The notes under the pieces: model-generated | Seen by the model: the letters and a program-made list of their open reading frames with translations, nothing else | What the model was told of the DNA's origin: nothing | Database searches by the model: none | Position numbers and translations under genes: made by a program | Part shown: one piece after another, positions 20,214 through 29,401 of the stretch | Layout of the letters: each line of letters begins with the position of its first letter | How positions within the stretch are numbered: the stretch's first letter is position 1 | DNA from: a virus | Length of the DNA stretch: 64,000 nt | Reading direction: 5' to 3' (one strand) | Virus genome (UHGV): UHGV-0332176

Positions 20214-20941
20214 TGATTTTATATAATGATGATTGTTTAAAAATATTACCAATAATTGAAAGTAAATCAATTGATATGATTTGTTCTGATTTACCTTATG
20301 AAGTTACACAAAATAAATCAGATATTAAAATTCCTTTTGAACCATTGTGGAAAGAATATGAAAGAATAATTAAAGATAATGGATGTATTGCATTATTTGG
20401 TCAAGGAATTTTTTATGTTGATTTAGTAAATTCAAATCGTAAATTATTTAGATATGATTTAATTTGGAATAAAGTTTTAACAAGTGGTTTTTTAAATGCT
20501 AAAAGAATGCCTTTAAGACAACACGAACAAATTGCAATTTTTTATAAAAAATTGCCAACATATAACCCTCAATTTATTCAAGGAAAACCATCTCACGATA
20601 AAGGAACTGCTTATAAAACAAAAGAAACAGTAAATCAAAATTATGGTTATTATAAAGCAGTTGACGATGAACGCAAAGGTTCAACAGAAAAATATCCAAC
20701 AAGTATTTTAAAATTTATTAAACCTCATCCAAGTATTGCTAAACATAGAACAGAAAAATCTATTGAATGCTTAGAATGGCTTATTAAAACTTATACAAAT
20801 GAAGGTGAAACAGTTTTAGATAATTGTATGGGAGCAGGTTCGTGTGGTATTGCTTGTAAAAATACTAATAGAAATTTTATAGGTATTGAGTTAGATAAAC
20901 ATTATTTTGATATTGCAAAGGAAAGAATAACTAATGGATAA
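20213..20941 (+). CDS. DNA N6-adenine/N4-cytosine methyltransferase (beta class; DPPY-like motif SDLPYE first, FxGxG last)
   Basis: Motif IV SDLPYEV near the N-terminus and motif I DNCMGAGSCG near the C-terminus. Confidence 0.65.
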   Translation: MILYNDDCLKILPIIESKSIDMICSDLPYEVTQNKSDIKIPFEPLWKEYERIIKDNGCIALFGQGIFYVDLVNSNRKLFRYDLIWNKVLTSGFLNAKRMPLRQHEQIAIFYKKLPTYNPQFIQGKPSHDKGTAYKTKETVNQNYGYYKAVDDERKGSTEKYPTSILKFIKPHPSIAKHRTEKSIECLEWLIKTYTNEGETVLDNCMGAGSCGIACKNTNRNFIGIELDKHYFDIAKERITNG

Positions 20942-21311
20942 AGAATTTTTAAATAACTTATTTTTATGGTTAGCTGAACAACATATGAAAGATGTTGGTG
21001 GACAATTTGGACATTGGAATGAACGAGAAATTTTTAGTGATACAGAAAAAGATGAATATGGTTGTCCAAAATTTTTGGGAGTTGAAGAACTTCCAATAGA
21101 AGAATTATATGAAATTGTTGATAACCCAGTAGGTGATAAACAAGAATATAATGATTTATTTTTAGAAGAAACACCTGATGAATATAAATTTATCACATAT
21201 GAATATGTTGACCAGCAGGTTAATGGTGGTTATTCTGGTGATGATTATGCTGGCTATATATATTATCCATTACCAAATGGTAAATTTATGAAAGTTTATT
21301 ATAATTGTTAA
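20934..21311 (+). CDS. acidic hypothetical protein (125 aa)
   Basis: Overlaps the previous stop (ATGGATAA). Confidence 0.4.
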   Translation: MDKEFLNNLFLWLAEQHMKDVGGQFGHWNEREIFSDTEKDEYGCPKFLGVEELPIEELYEIVDNPVGDKQEYNDLFLEETPDEYKFITYEYVDQQVNGGYSGDDYAGYIYYPLPNGKFMKVYYNC

Positions 21312-21320
21312 ATTTTTCTC

Positions 21321-21348
21321 TTGACAAGTAATTTTTCTATGTTATATT
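21321..21348 (+). promoter_or_regulatory. sigma70-type promoter TTGACA-N16-TGtTATATT
   Basis: Extended -10. Upstream tttttctc rather than an A-tract. Confidence 0.5.
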
Positions 21349-21384
21349 AACCTTATTAGAAACAAACAATGAAAGGTTAAAACA

Positions 21385-21843
21385 ATGGAAAAATATTTTA
21401 ATAAAAAACTTTATACAGATGTTCAATCTTGGAAAGTAATTGAACTTGATGAAGTTAAAGGTGAAGCAACAGTAATAGCTGTTGAAAAAGAACCTCAAAA
21501 TTTAGAATTTGTTGAAGGTGGATTTGCTGCTCATTGTGTAAACAATTATGAAGCATTTCAAAATGCTCCTATTGTTGAAGTTAAAGGTGCACAACCTTTC
21601 AAAGTTTACCGTAAAAAAGATGGTGTTTGGTATAAAAAGAACAAGGTTGGTTATTCTCTTGATAAAAGATTTGTTGATTTGGATGATTTAAAATCTAAAA
21701 TTGAAGATAATGAAGTAATTGAAGTTGATGAGTTCAGCGTTTACGTTTTAAAAGTTAAGAAAAATGGTCAATTACGAACAACTTTCACAAAATTTGGTGA
21801 AATGGAAGATGTTTGCCGTTATTTTTATGATTACAACTTTTAA
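21385..21843 (+). CDS. hypothetical protein (152 aa)
   Basis: RBS aaaggtt. Confidence 0.45.
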   Translation: MEKYFNKKLYTDVQSWKVIELDEVKGEATVIAVEKEPQNLEFVEGGFAAHCVNNYEAFQNAPIVEVKGAQPFKVYRKKDGVWYKKNKVGYSLDKRFVDLDDLKSKIEDNEVIEVDEFSVYVLKVKKNGQLRTTFTKFGEMEDVCRYFYDYNF

Positions 21844-21857
21844 GAAGGAGAATAAAA

Positions 21858-22253
21858 ATGACTTCTAAAATTGATGAATTAAAAAGGCAATATGATGAAA
21901 TTGGTTTACAAATTGAATCATTGTATACTCAACGAATGAATATTGTAAATGAAATACATAATATTATTTTAAAAAATCATTTATATGAAACTGATTCAAT
22001 AAAATATGCTGAAAAGCATTTAGAAGAAATATCATTAATAATTGATAATGGCACAAGTATTGAAGTTGAGCATTTTAGAAATGTTAGTGTTGATGATGAT
22101 GGACATTTTAGTGCATATGATTGGGGAGAAATGAGTCATTCTGGTTATCGTTGGAGTGATTTAAAAAATTCTTATGTTACTGATAATTGTTTTGGTGATG
22201 ATAATGTACCTGTAAAAATTATTGGATTTTTTGATGTAAAAGTTGAAGAATAA
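21858..22253 (+). CDS. hypothetical protein (131 aa)
   Basis: RBS aaggaga. Confidence 0.4.
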   Translation: MTSKIDELKRQYDEIGLQIESLYTQRMNIVNEIHNIILKNHLYETDSIKYAEKHLEEISLIIDNGTSIEVEHFRNVSVDDDGHFSAYDWGEMSHSGYRWSDLKNSYVTDNCFGDDNVPVKIIGFFDVKVEE

Positions 22254-22280
22254 AAAAATAAAAAAAATTAAAAAAAGTTC

Positions 22281-22309
22281 TTGACAAGTAAAATTATTTA
22301 TATTATATA
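22281..22309 (+). promoter_or_regulatory. early-type promoter aaaaaaagttcTTGACA-N17-TATATA, first of a cluster of four
   Basis: Read directly. The next roughly 220 nt hold no ORF longer than 3 codons. Confidence 0.55.
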
Positions 22310-22533
22310 TGTAAAAACAGAGAGGAAATGAGGTGAGATACCTTATTGAAAAAATTGAGTAAGAAGTACAATGAAAGATTTTTGATGGTGTATAAAAGCA
22401 ACACTCTGACAGTTATAAAAGTATTTTACAATATTTTTAATAGAGATATTATAAAATATTTTTAAAATTTTTAATTTATTATTATAAATATCTTATGAAT
22501 GAATAAATATTTTTGAAAAGAATAAAAAAAATC

Positions 22534-22562
22534 TTGACAATTAAAATAAATAAGTTTATAAG
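22534..22562 (+). promoter_or_regulatory. early-type promoter TTGACA-N17-TATAAG
   Basis: Followed by a 26-codon micro-ORF (22589..22669, MIHSNVENNRDYQMFAIKPASKRAYM) and a terminator. Confidence 0.5.
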
Positions 22563-22700
22563 AAAGTTATTAAAGGAAAAAAGTTTAAAATGATACACAG
22601 TAATGTGGAAAATAATAGAGATTATCAAATGTTTGCGATTAAACCTGCAAGCAAAAGGGCTTATATGTAACTATACATAGATATAAAAATAGATACAAAA

Positions 22701-22739
22701 TAAGCTCTAAAAAGAAAATCTTTAGAGCTTTTTCTTTTT
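22701..22739 (+). terminator. rho-independent terminator (aagctctaaa...tttagagctt + T-run)
   Basis: Read directly. Confidence 0.55.
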
Positions 22740-22763
22740 AATAAAAATAAATTAAAAAAGTTC

Positions 22764-22792
22764 TTGACATTAAAAAATAAATGATGTATAAG
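22764..22792 (+). promoter_or_regulatory. early-type promoter aaaaagttcTTGACA-N17-TGtATAAG
   Basis: The transcript starts in an 8-bp hairpin ttgaaaga...tctttcaa. Confidence 0.55.
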
Positions 22793-22860
22793 AACAAATA
22801 TTGAAAGAAATTGAAAACATAAGTTGAAAAAAATCTTTCAAAAATATTTAAAAAAAGTTC

Positions 22861-22889
22861 TTGACAAACAAAATTAAATAGTTTATAAA
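22861..22889 (+). promoter_or_regulatory. early-type promoter aaaaaaagttcTTGACA-N17-TATAAA
   Basis: Drives the ORF-free 22.9-23.4 kb region and then the tRNA cluster. Confidence 0.55.
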
Positions 22890-22924
22890 GAACACATAAG
22901 AACGAAAGTTCTTGTTATAAAAGA

Positions 22925-23380
22925 AAAAATGGAGACCTTGCTCCTTGATAAACTTTAAATAATCTAAATCACCAAGGGATAACCTGACGACCATATAGTG
23001 TAACAGCGGATATGGAGAACGGTTTGAGAGAGATAGCAAAAACCTCTCAATTTATATAAATTGTTAATATCTGAAAAGATGAGAACTTTGTTGTATAACG
23101 ATGGCAGTATCGGAGACTGGAAAAATGCTTCGGATTAACAATTTATATAAATTATTCAATTAAAAGAAAAATATTAAATATATCCGTGAAATACCTCCTT
23201 TTTATGTTTCCGAAAATTAAAAACATTGATTGAATAATTTAAATTATGTCTCGACTCTTGAAAGATAGAATATCGGGGCGACAATTTGAAATATAATTGT
23301 CCGTTATGGGTGATGTTGGAAAGGTTAGCGAATCCCGAATCATACGAAAATGATAAAATAAGAAAACCTTTCAATATTTA
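22925..23380 (+). ncRNA. candidate structured non-coding RNA(s) between the last early promoter and tRNA-Tyr
   Basis: About 450 nt with no ORF over 25 codons on the + strand. Multiple long-range complementary pairs: ccttg/caagg, ttgagagag/cctctcaa, gacaatt/aattgtc. Confidence 0.3.
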
Positions 23381-23382
23381 AT

Positions 23383-23466
23383 GGGCAGGCTGCGAAGTTG
23401 GAGAGTCGCCTTTGACTGTAAATCAAATCCCTTCGGGGTGAGTGTGTTCGAATCACACCCTGCCCA
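23383..23466 (+). tRNA. tRNA-Tyr(GUA), type II with a long variable arm; CCA encoded (to 23469)
   Basis: Acceptor gggcagg/cctgccc; anticodon loop ctGTAaa; T-arm gtgtg-ttcgaat-cacac. Confidence 0.8.
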
Positions 23467-23602
23467 CCATTTAAAATATATTATTTAATTAGTTAATTTG
23501 ATGAAATATATATTTAGTTAATATATAAAATAATCTATGAAAGAAGTGAAAATTCTTTCATATTATTTAACTAATAAACTTTAACTAATTAAATAATATA
23601 TT

Positions 23603-23676
23603 GGACATATAGCTCAGTCCAGTAGAGCACCAGACTGAAAATCTGGGTGTCGGTGGAGCGAAGCCACCTGTGTCCA
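23603..23676 (+). tRNA. tRNA-Phe(GAA) with an atypical T-loop (agcgaag); CCA encoded
   Basis: Acceptor ggacata/tgtgtcc; anticodon loop ctGAAaa; variable gtgtc. The T-loop lacks the TTC consensus. Confidence 0.6.
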
Positions 23677-23820
23677 CCAATTTTAAAAATATGGAACTCA
23701 TAAAAGTAATATTATTAGTATGCTATTAGCGATATAGACGAAAGTGAAAATAATATGAAATGAACGGAGTTTAAATTCCATAGACTATATTCGAAAAGAT
23801 AGGTATAGTCATTTATAAAT

Positions 23821-23894
23821 GGGCCAGTAGTTCAGCTGGGAGAACGCCTGCTTTGCACGCAGGATGTCGTGGGTTCAAGCCCCACCTGTGTCCA
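23821..23894 (+). tRNA. tRNA-Ala(UGC)-like, probably chimeric or a pseudo-tRNA: its 3' acceptor strand does not pair with its 5' end
   Basis: Body is nearly identical to bacterial tRNA-Ala through the T-arm. The 22-nt 3' tail ccacctgtgtccaccaatttta (23882..23903) is an exact copy of the tRNA-Phe tail (23664..23685). Confidence 0.45.
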
Positions 23895-23904
23895 CCAATT
23901 TTAT

Positions 23905-23977
23905 TCCTCGTTAGCTCAATGGTTAGAGCAATCGGCTGTTAACCGATAGGTTTGGGGTTCGAGTCCCTAACGGGGAG
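23905..23977 (+). tRNA. tRNA-Asn(GUU); CCA encoded
   Basis: Acceptor tcctcgt/acgggga; anticodon loop ctGTTaa. Confidence 0.8.
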
Positions 23978-24301
23978 CCACTTTTTAATAAAAGTTTTGT
24001 ATGAAAACTAGTGAGTAATACAAAAAGTTTAACCCAACTGTACTTCAACAGGGTTCTTACAGAAGAAATAATCTGTCGTAGGATAGAAAATGTCTATGTT
24101 ATGGAAGTGTACACCAAAGTTTTGGCGTTTGAGTGGTAGTTACCAAATAAAACTATAAACTACCATATTTACAGTTTTTAGCTTAACATTATGTTAAGTA
24201 TTACAGAAAAAGTCTTTTGGGTCTCTACCAAAAGCGTTGAACTGGACGGCTATGGGCAGATGGTTCTTATGTAGAATACGATAAATTCTACAATTTTATA
24301 T

Positions 24302-24377
24302 CGGGTAGTCGCCTAATCTGGTATGGCACTTGCTTTGGGAGCAAGAAAAATTGGCGGTTCAAATCCGTCCTACCCGA
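24302..24377 (+). tRNA. tRNA-Pro(UGG); CCA encoded
   Basis: Acceptor cgggtag/ctacccg; anticodon loop ttTGGga; 7-8 nt variable loop. Confidence 0.7.
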
Positions 24378-24429
24378 CCATATATTTAATAAATACTTGT
24401 ATAAATAACAAGTTAAGGATTATTAAGTC

Positions 24430-25011
24430 GTGATTAATAGATTTGAAAAGATAGAAAATGAAAAATTTATAGAAATATTTAATACTTCTGAAAGTAAAGG
24501 TGAAATTTGTCGTAAATTAAATATGCATAATAATGGTAAATCTATGAAATATATTAATGCAATGATTAAAGAACTTGGTTTGAATATAAATATTTTTAAA
24601 GAAAATCATTTCAATAAATATCATATAAAAAAGATTTGCCCTGTATGTGGTAAAGAATTTATTACAACAACAACGGAAAAAGGTAAGAATAAGGTATGTT
24701 GCTCATATTCGTGTGCTAATACTTATTTTCGTAGTGGTGAAAATAATGGAATGTATAAAAATTCTAATCTTTCAGGAAGAAATTCTTATTCAACTATTTG
24801 TTTTAGACATCATCCTCATAAGTGTTGTATATGTGGCGAAGAAAATATAGTTGCTGTTCATCATTATGATGGTAATCATAATAATAATGATATAAGTAAT
24901 TTAATTCCTTTATGTCCAACACATCATTGTTATATACATTCACGATTCAAAAATAAAATACAAGATAAAGTTGATGAATATAGAAATAATTTTATAAAAT
25001 CAAATAGTTAA
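24430..25011 (+). CDS. HNH homing-endonuclease-like protein with an N-terminal Zn-ribbon (GTG start)
   Basis: HNH motif HHYDGNHNNNDISNLIPLCPTHH. Zn ribbon CPVCGKEF...CCSYSC is shared with 27708 and 33183. Embedded between tRNA genes. Confidence 0.6.
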   Translation: MINRFEKIENEKFIEIFNTSESKGEICRKLNMHNNGKSMKYINAMIKELGLNINIFKENHFNKYHIKKICPVCGKEFITTTTEKGKNKVCCSYSCANTYFRSGENNGMYKNSNLSGRNSYSTICFRHHPHKCCICGEENIVAVHHYDGNHNNNDISNLIPLCPTHHCYIHSRFKNKIQDKVDEYRNNFIKSNS

Positions 25012-25285
25012 TAATTTTTCTAAATGGTGCTGAATTACCACAAGTACTTATTTCAGTTAAATGTAGTTGCAAAAAATATGGTCGCTCCATAAGAACTCAA
25101 GCCATTTAAACTTTGGGTTAATGCATACCAATAGTCCAAAGCATTCGAAGTCAGCCGCTTCGTAAAATAGGAGTATAGTTTTTTGAATATTTTGACTAGA
25201 CTATAAATATTCTCCATCTATGGAAGAAATAGTCGTGGATATTGACTAACCCGAAGTATTACGAGAAGATACTTCAAATTTTAAT

Positions 25286-25358
25286 GGTTCGGTGACAGAA
25301 CGATTAATGTACTCGCCTGCAAAGCGATGTTTAGTGGGTTTGACTCCCACCCGAATCT
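25286..25358 (+). tRNA. tRNA-Cys(GCA), weak D-stem; CCA encoded
   Basis: Acceptor ggttcgg/ccgaatc; anticodon loop ctGCAaa; T-loop tttgact. Confidence 0.5.
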
Positions 25359-25389
25359 CCAATTTATTTTTTAAGAATGGTGAGAAATT

Positions 25390-25483
25390 GATTTACATAG
25401 ACTGGAAATCCGTGTGTAGAAAGTTCGATTCTTTCCCCATCGACCATTTAACGGTGGGTAGCTCATTGGTAGAGCAACGTTAA
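25390..25483 (+). ncRNA. tRNA fragments: a 3' half (T-arm gaaag-ttcgatt-ctttc + cccatcg-a-CCA) followed by a 5' half (ggtgggt-a-gctc-attggta-gagc-a-acgtt)
   Basis: No complete cloverleaf could be folded by eye. The 5'-half motif tagctcat(a)ttggtagagcaacg recurs at 34146..34169. Confidence 0.35.
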
Positions 25484-25531
25484 ATGATAATCAATTGTTA
25501 TGTTCCTTCTTAATTTTTTATAAAAAAGTTC

Positions 25532-25559
25532 TTGACATTAAAAAATTATGTGTTATATT
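25532..25559 (+). promoter_or_regulatory. early-type promoter aaaaaagttcTTGACA-N16-TGtTATATT
   Basis: Read directly; upstream of the 25606 gene. Confidence 0.6.
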
Positions 25560-25605
25560 ACCATTATCAAATGATGATAACATTTTTTAATGAAAGAAAA
25601 ATAAA

Positions 25606-25839
25606 ATGGCAAATACAAATTCAAATTTAGAATTAGGTAAAATTGAAAACAAATGTGGATTTCATATTCATATGGTTCTTTTTGGTGTTAAAAGTGATAT
25701 TATTCGTTATGATATTACTCTTGAAGAAGCTAAAGATTTAATTAATAAAGCTAAAAAAGAATGCGAAAGAGCAGGAATGGAATTCCAATTAATTGAATTT
25801 GAGGAAGTCAAAGTTTCCGTAAAGAAACTTAAATTTTAA
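25606..25839 (+). CDS. small hypothetical protein (77 aa)
   Basis: Follows its own promoter. A hairpin ggaagttaag...cttaacttcc lies downstream. Confidence 0.4.
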   Translation: MANTNSNLELGKIENKCGFHIHMVLFGVKSDIIRYDITLEEAKDLINKAKKECERAGMEFQLIEFEEVKVSVKKLKF

Positions 25840-26432
25840 AAGTTTTGGTAGTTGGAAGTTAAGCTATTAGGGCAGGAGCAACTTAACTTCCATCTATTGA
25901 TACGAATCCTGATTTATTAATTACCTTCACGTGGTTCAGGATGTAAGTAAGAATTGCAGTTTATAACATAAGACAATTTCTGAAACTAAAAATTAATTTT
26001 TAAAATGATTTAATTGAATTATAGTAAATTAAATAAGTTGATTAAATACGTGAGCAATATAGAATCAACAATTGGTATAAAAGCAGATTATAACCGAACT
26101 ACTTAGGCTTACGGTAGACGTAGGGTATAACCACGATTAGGGCAATTTATTTTGAATCTTCATTATGAGTCCTCAACAAATATAATCGTTTTTAAAAAAT
26201 TCTGCATATTTAAATTTTTAAAATTATCTTTATGATGTCTTTCGTTCCTTTCATTGTTGTTACATAAAGATAATTTTGGAGAGATTAATCTCTCCACTTA
26301 TAGAAACATTAAAGATGTCAGTTCGAATCTGACCTGCCTGAATAAAAACTTTTAATATTAAATTGATATTAAAAGTCGGGTGGTAGTAATAACGGTAGAA
26401 TAGTAATGTTGCTATAAATGGAGAATTTTTAT

Positions 26433-26504
26433 GGGTGTATAAGTCAACGGTTAGACTAACAGCCTTTTAAGCTGTAGATGAGGGTTCGATTCCCTCTGCA
26501 CCTA
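26433..26504 (+). tRNA. tRNA-Lys(UUU); CCA encoded
   Basis: Acceptor gggtgta/tgcacct (two G.U pairs); anticodon loop ctTTTaa. Confidence 0.7.
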
Positions 26505-26873
26505 CCAATTTATATTATTGTAGTTAAATACTTTAATGTATCGTCTAATGGCAAGACACCCTCTGTTCGTGTTGAGGGAAATATAGGTTCGAATCCTAAT
26601 AATCATTAAAAATATATAAGAAAAATAACAAGTTTCTTTTTTGATAATTTGGTATTGGAAATTAATGCCCAATTATGACAAGTATTTAACAAAATTTCCT
26701 GACTCTAATCAAAGAATTAGTGATTGATAATTTAATAATTATCTGTGTGCGTGATATGACACCCTTTATCAACGCTTGCATACAAGACTGCATAAATCAA
26801 GATGGGTAGGTGGCTGTTTATCCGTTTCACCTTTCAAATGATAAACAAAACGTTAAAACGGATTGCATTTTAT

Positions 26874-26945
26874 TCTGGTGTAGCTCAATGGTGGAGCAAT
26901 CGGCTGTTAACCGAAAGGTTGTAGGTTCAAGTCCTATCGCCAGAG
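26874..26945 (+). tRNA. tRNA-Asn(GUU), second copy; CCA encoded
   Basis: Acceptor tctggtg/cgccaga; anticodon loop ctGTTaa. Confidence 0.7.
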
Positions 26946-27179
26946 CCAATTATAATAGTAATCATAATATTTAATTTAATAGGATTTTGGTAGCTAGATA
27001 ACCCAAGATATGAAAATTAATATTGATGATATGGTTTAAGATTTTGACCATTAACCGTAATGAAAATCCAGTTTATTTATTGTACTCGGTTAACAATAAC
27101 GTAGAATTGGTAATTCTTAGAAAGGTACGTTAAGCCTTTTATTAAATAAATATCTTATATAATTTATGAGGTATTAAAG

Positions 27180-27602
27180 ATGAGATTAATAGACATATTA
27201 GCATTATTTAAAGCTATTAAAAATACTGCTAAAAAATATCATTGGAAAACAACAGGTTCAACTTTTATGTCAGACCATTTATTATTTGATAGAATTTATG
27301 ATGATATTGATGATGACCAAGTTGATACAATTGTTGAACAATATTATATGGGTGTTGGAAGAAAAGATATTAATGATTTAGATAATTTAATTACATTATC
27401 TGCACAATATGAAGGTAAATCATTTTCTGCAACTTCTGAAAGTATAATTTTAATGTATCAAGAATTAGCAAGAATGATGAATACATTTTTAATTAATATT
27501 GAAAAATTAAATTTATTAAGAGGTATTAATTCTGAATTAGATAATCTTTCTTCAACTATTACACAATTATATGGTTTAGTAACTGCAAGATTATGTCAAT
27601 AA
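27180..27602 (+). CDS. hypothetical protein (140 aa)
   Basis: RBS gaggta; sits between tRNA genes. Confidence 0.45.
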   Translation: MRLIDILALFKAIKNTAKKYHWKTTGSTFMSDHLLFDRIYDDIDDDQVDTIVEQYYMGVGRKDINDLDNLITLSAQYEGKSFSATSESIILMYQELARMMNTFLINIEKLNLLRGINSELDNLSSTITQLYGLVTARLCQ

Positions 27603-27604
27603 TT

Positions 27605-27679
27605 GGGGCTGTGGGCGAATTGGTAGAGCCACCACCCTTTCAAGGTGGATTCTTGCCCGTTCAAGTCGGGTCAGTCCTA
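27605..27679 (+). tRNA. tRNA-Glu(UUC); CCA encoded
   Basis: Acceptor ggggctg/cagtcct; anticodon loop ctTTCaa (same as E. coli tRNA-Glu); T-arm gcccg-ttcaagt-cgggt. Confidence 0.7.
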
Positions 27680-27707
27680 CCATTTTTTATTAAGAAAGAA
27701 ATAAAAA

Positions 27708-28423
27708 ATGTATATATGTAAGAATTGTGGTAAAGAATTTTTAGAAAAATATAGCAAATGGTCAAATGGAGATTTTTGTTGTAAAGAATGTGCTAGAAGT
27801 TATTCAACAAAAAATAAAAGACAAGAAATTAATGAAAAAGTTTCTAAAACATTAAAAGGAAGAATTATTGGAAAAAATTCTTTATTAAAAAATATTAATA
27901 TTAAGCAACAATATGAAAAAGCTCCTTTATTATGTCCAATATGTAACAATATAATTTTATATGAAAGATATATTAAACATAGAAAAACTTGTAGTACAGA
28001 ATGTGGTAAAGAATTAGCAAAAAGAAATCATTCTCATCAAGGTGGTGGTTATAGAAAAAGAGCAGGAAGAAGTAAGCACGGATATTACAAAGGAATTTAT
28101 TGTGATTCAACTTATGAGTTAGCTTATTTAATTTATTGTTTAGACCATAATATTAATATTAAAAGATGTGAAGAAACATTTGAATATGAATATAATGGAA
28201 AAAACATAAATATCATCCTGATTTTATTGTTAATGATGAAATTATAGAGATAAAAGGTTATCATAATAATTTGGTCGATATTAAAATGAAATCTATTATA
28301 AATAGAAAATATAAAATATTATATATTAATGATTTATTTAAATCATTTGAATATGTTAGTAAAGCATATAATAAAAAATTTCATAATAAATGGAATAATT
28401 TTTATGAATTATATGATGAATAA
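27708..28423 (+). CDS. Zn-ribbon + Vsr-like PD-(D/E)xK endonuclease (homing-endonuclease-like), needs a -1 frameshift at slippery heptamer A_AAA_AAC (28199..28205); the 0-frame stops at 28247
   Basis: The 0-frame carries two Zn ribbons (CKNCGKEF..CCKEC; CPICNN..CSTEC). The -1 frame continues as HKYHPDFIVNDEIIEIKGYHNN... (Vsr/DUF559-like PDF...EIKG nuclease motif) to TAA at 28421. Ends 1 nt before tRNA-Asp. Confidence 0.5.
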
Positions 28424-28424
28424 T

Positions 28425-28501
28425 GGTGTGTGGGAGAGCTGGGTGTTCTCGCCTGCCTGTCACGCAGGAGATTCAGAAGGGTTCGAACCCCTTACACACC
28501 G
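28425..28501 (+). tRNA. tRNA-Asp(GUC); CCA encoded
   Basis: Acceptor ggtgtgt/acacacc; anticodon loop ctGTCac. Confidence 0.75.
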
Positions 28502-28709
28502 CCAATTTTTTGAGATATATGCCTAGCAGTTTTCGGTAAAAAATCAAGAAAACAAATGCCTGTATGGTTAAGACATATATCTATCGTCTGTGGAAAATAA
28601 TAGTCCGTAAGGTTCTGTAATACAAGATATTATAGGTTAAATGTTCAGCTATCGAACGGAGAATAGCCAAACCAGCAAATAAGGTGGAAAGCCTTATATT
28701 AATTGTTAT

Positions 28710-28782
28710 GGGTGTGTAGCTTAAATGGTAGAGAAACTGACTCTTAATCAGTATGATGAGGGTTCGAAGCCCTCTGCACCCA
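28710..28782 (+). tRNA. tRNA-Lys(CUU); CCA encoded
   Basis: Acceptor gggtgtg/tgcaccc; anticodon loop ctCTTaa. 3' half closely related to tRNA-Lys(UUU). Confidence 0.6.
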
Positions 28783-28798
28783 CCAAAAAAATAATTAT

Positions 28799-28871
28799 GC
28801 ACCCATAGGCTAATTGGACAAACCCAAAGTCTTCTAAACTTTTATTACAGGTTCGAGTCCTGTTGGGTGTG
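28799..28871 (+). tRNA. tRNA-Arg(UCU); CCA encoded; D-arm irregular
   Basis: Acceptor gcaccca/tgggtgt; anticodon loop ctTCTaa. Confidence 0.55.
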
Positions 28872-29252
28872 CCAGTTATAATTTTATTAAATAATTTGCC
28901 AGCAGGGAAAAGTGAAATGACGCTTCCACCCACTTATTAGGGTTAGATATAGCATCCTTTGCCGTGATGTTTAGTCAGCATCCTTGAAGTTTCATATTGA
29001 GGAAACTTGACATCGTGAAGGAAAGGTTAAACGTCAGACCATAAATAATGGAACAGTTTGTAAAAGAGCCTTTTAAACTGTGGAATAAGTGGCAAATTAT
29101 TTAATAAAATTTTTATGATGAAACGGTGTGGCGGTGTACATATCTGAAAGTAATAGACCTGGTCTTTTAATTTGAAAGTGAAAATTAAACAAAGGTATTA
29201 CCGTTAGAGGAAGTAAGAAGTCAATGGTTCAACTCCATTTTTCATCATTTAT

Positions 29253-29325
29253 GCTCGGTTAGTTCAGCTGGAAGAACATCGCTTTTACACAGCGAGGGTC
29301 GGGAGTTCAAACCTCTCACCGAGTA
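29253..29325 (+). tRNA. tRNA-Val(UAC); CCA encoded
   Basis: Acceptor gctcggt/accgagt; anticodon loop ttTACac. Confidence 0.75.
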
Positions 29326-29330
29326 CCAAT

Positions 29331-29401
29331 TTCGGGGTCGTCTAGTGGTAGGACATTGCACTTTGACTGCAATAACGTTGGTTCGAATCCAGCTCCCGAA
29401 G
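29331..29401 (+). tRNA. tRNA-Gln(UUG); CCA encoded; starts 2 nt after the previous CCA
   Basis: Acceptor ttcgggg/tcccgaa; anticodon loop ctTTGac. Confidence 0.7.

Noticed and set aside
22925-23380. tmRNA, RNase P RNA or group I intron identity for the structured region
   Set aside because: None of the diagnostic conserved sequences (tag-peptide ORF with tRNA-like ends; P4 GGAAAGUCCGG/ACAGAACCCGGCUUA; P7 core) were found by eye. Left as an unclassified ncRNA candidate.
25292-25483. ORF of 63 aa in the supplied track
   Set aside because: Lies entirely over tRNA-Cys and tRNA fragments; no RBS.
28581-28933. Two minus-strand ORFs (73 and 61 aa)
   Set aside because: Overlap the tRNA-Lys(CUU)/tRNA-Arg genes and spacer; no start context.
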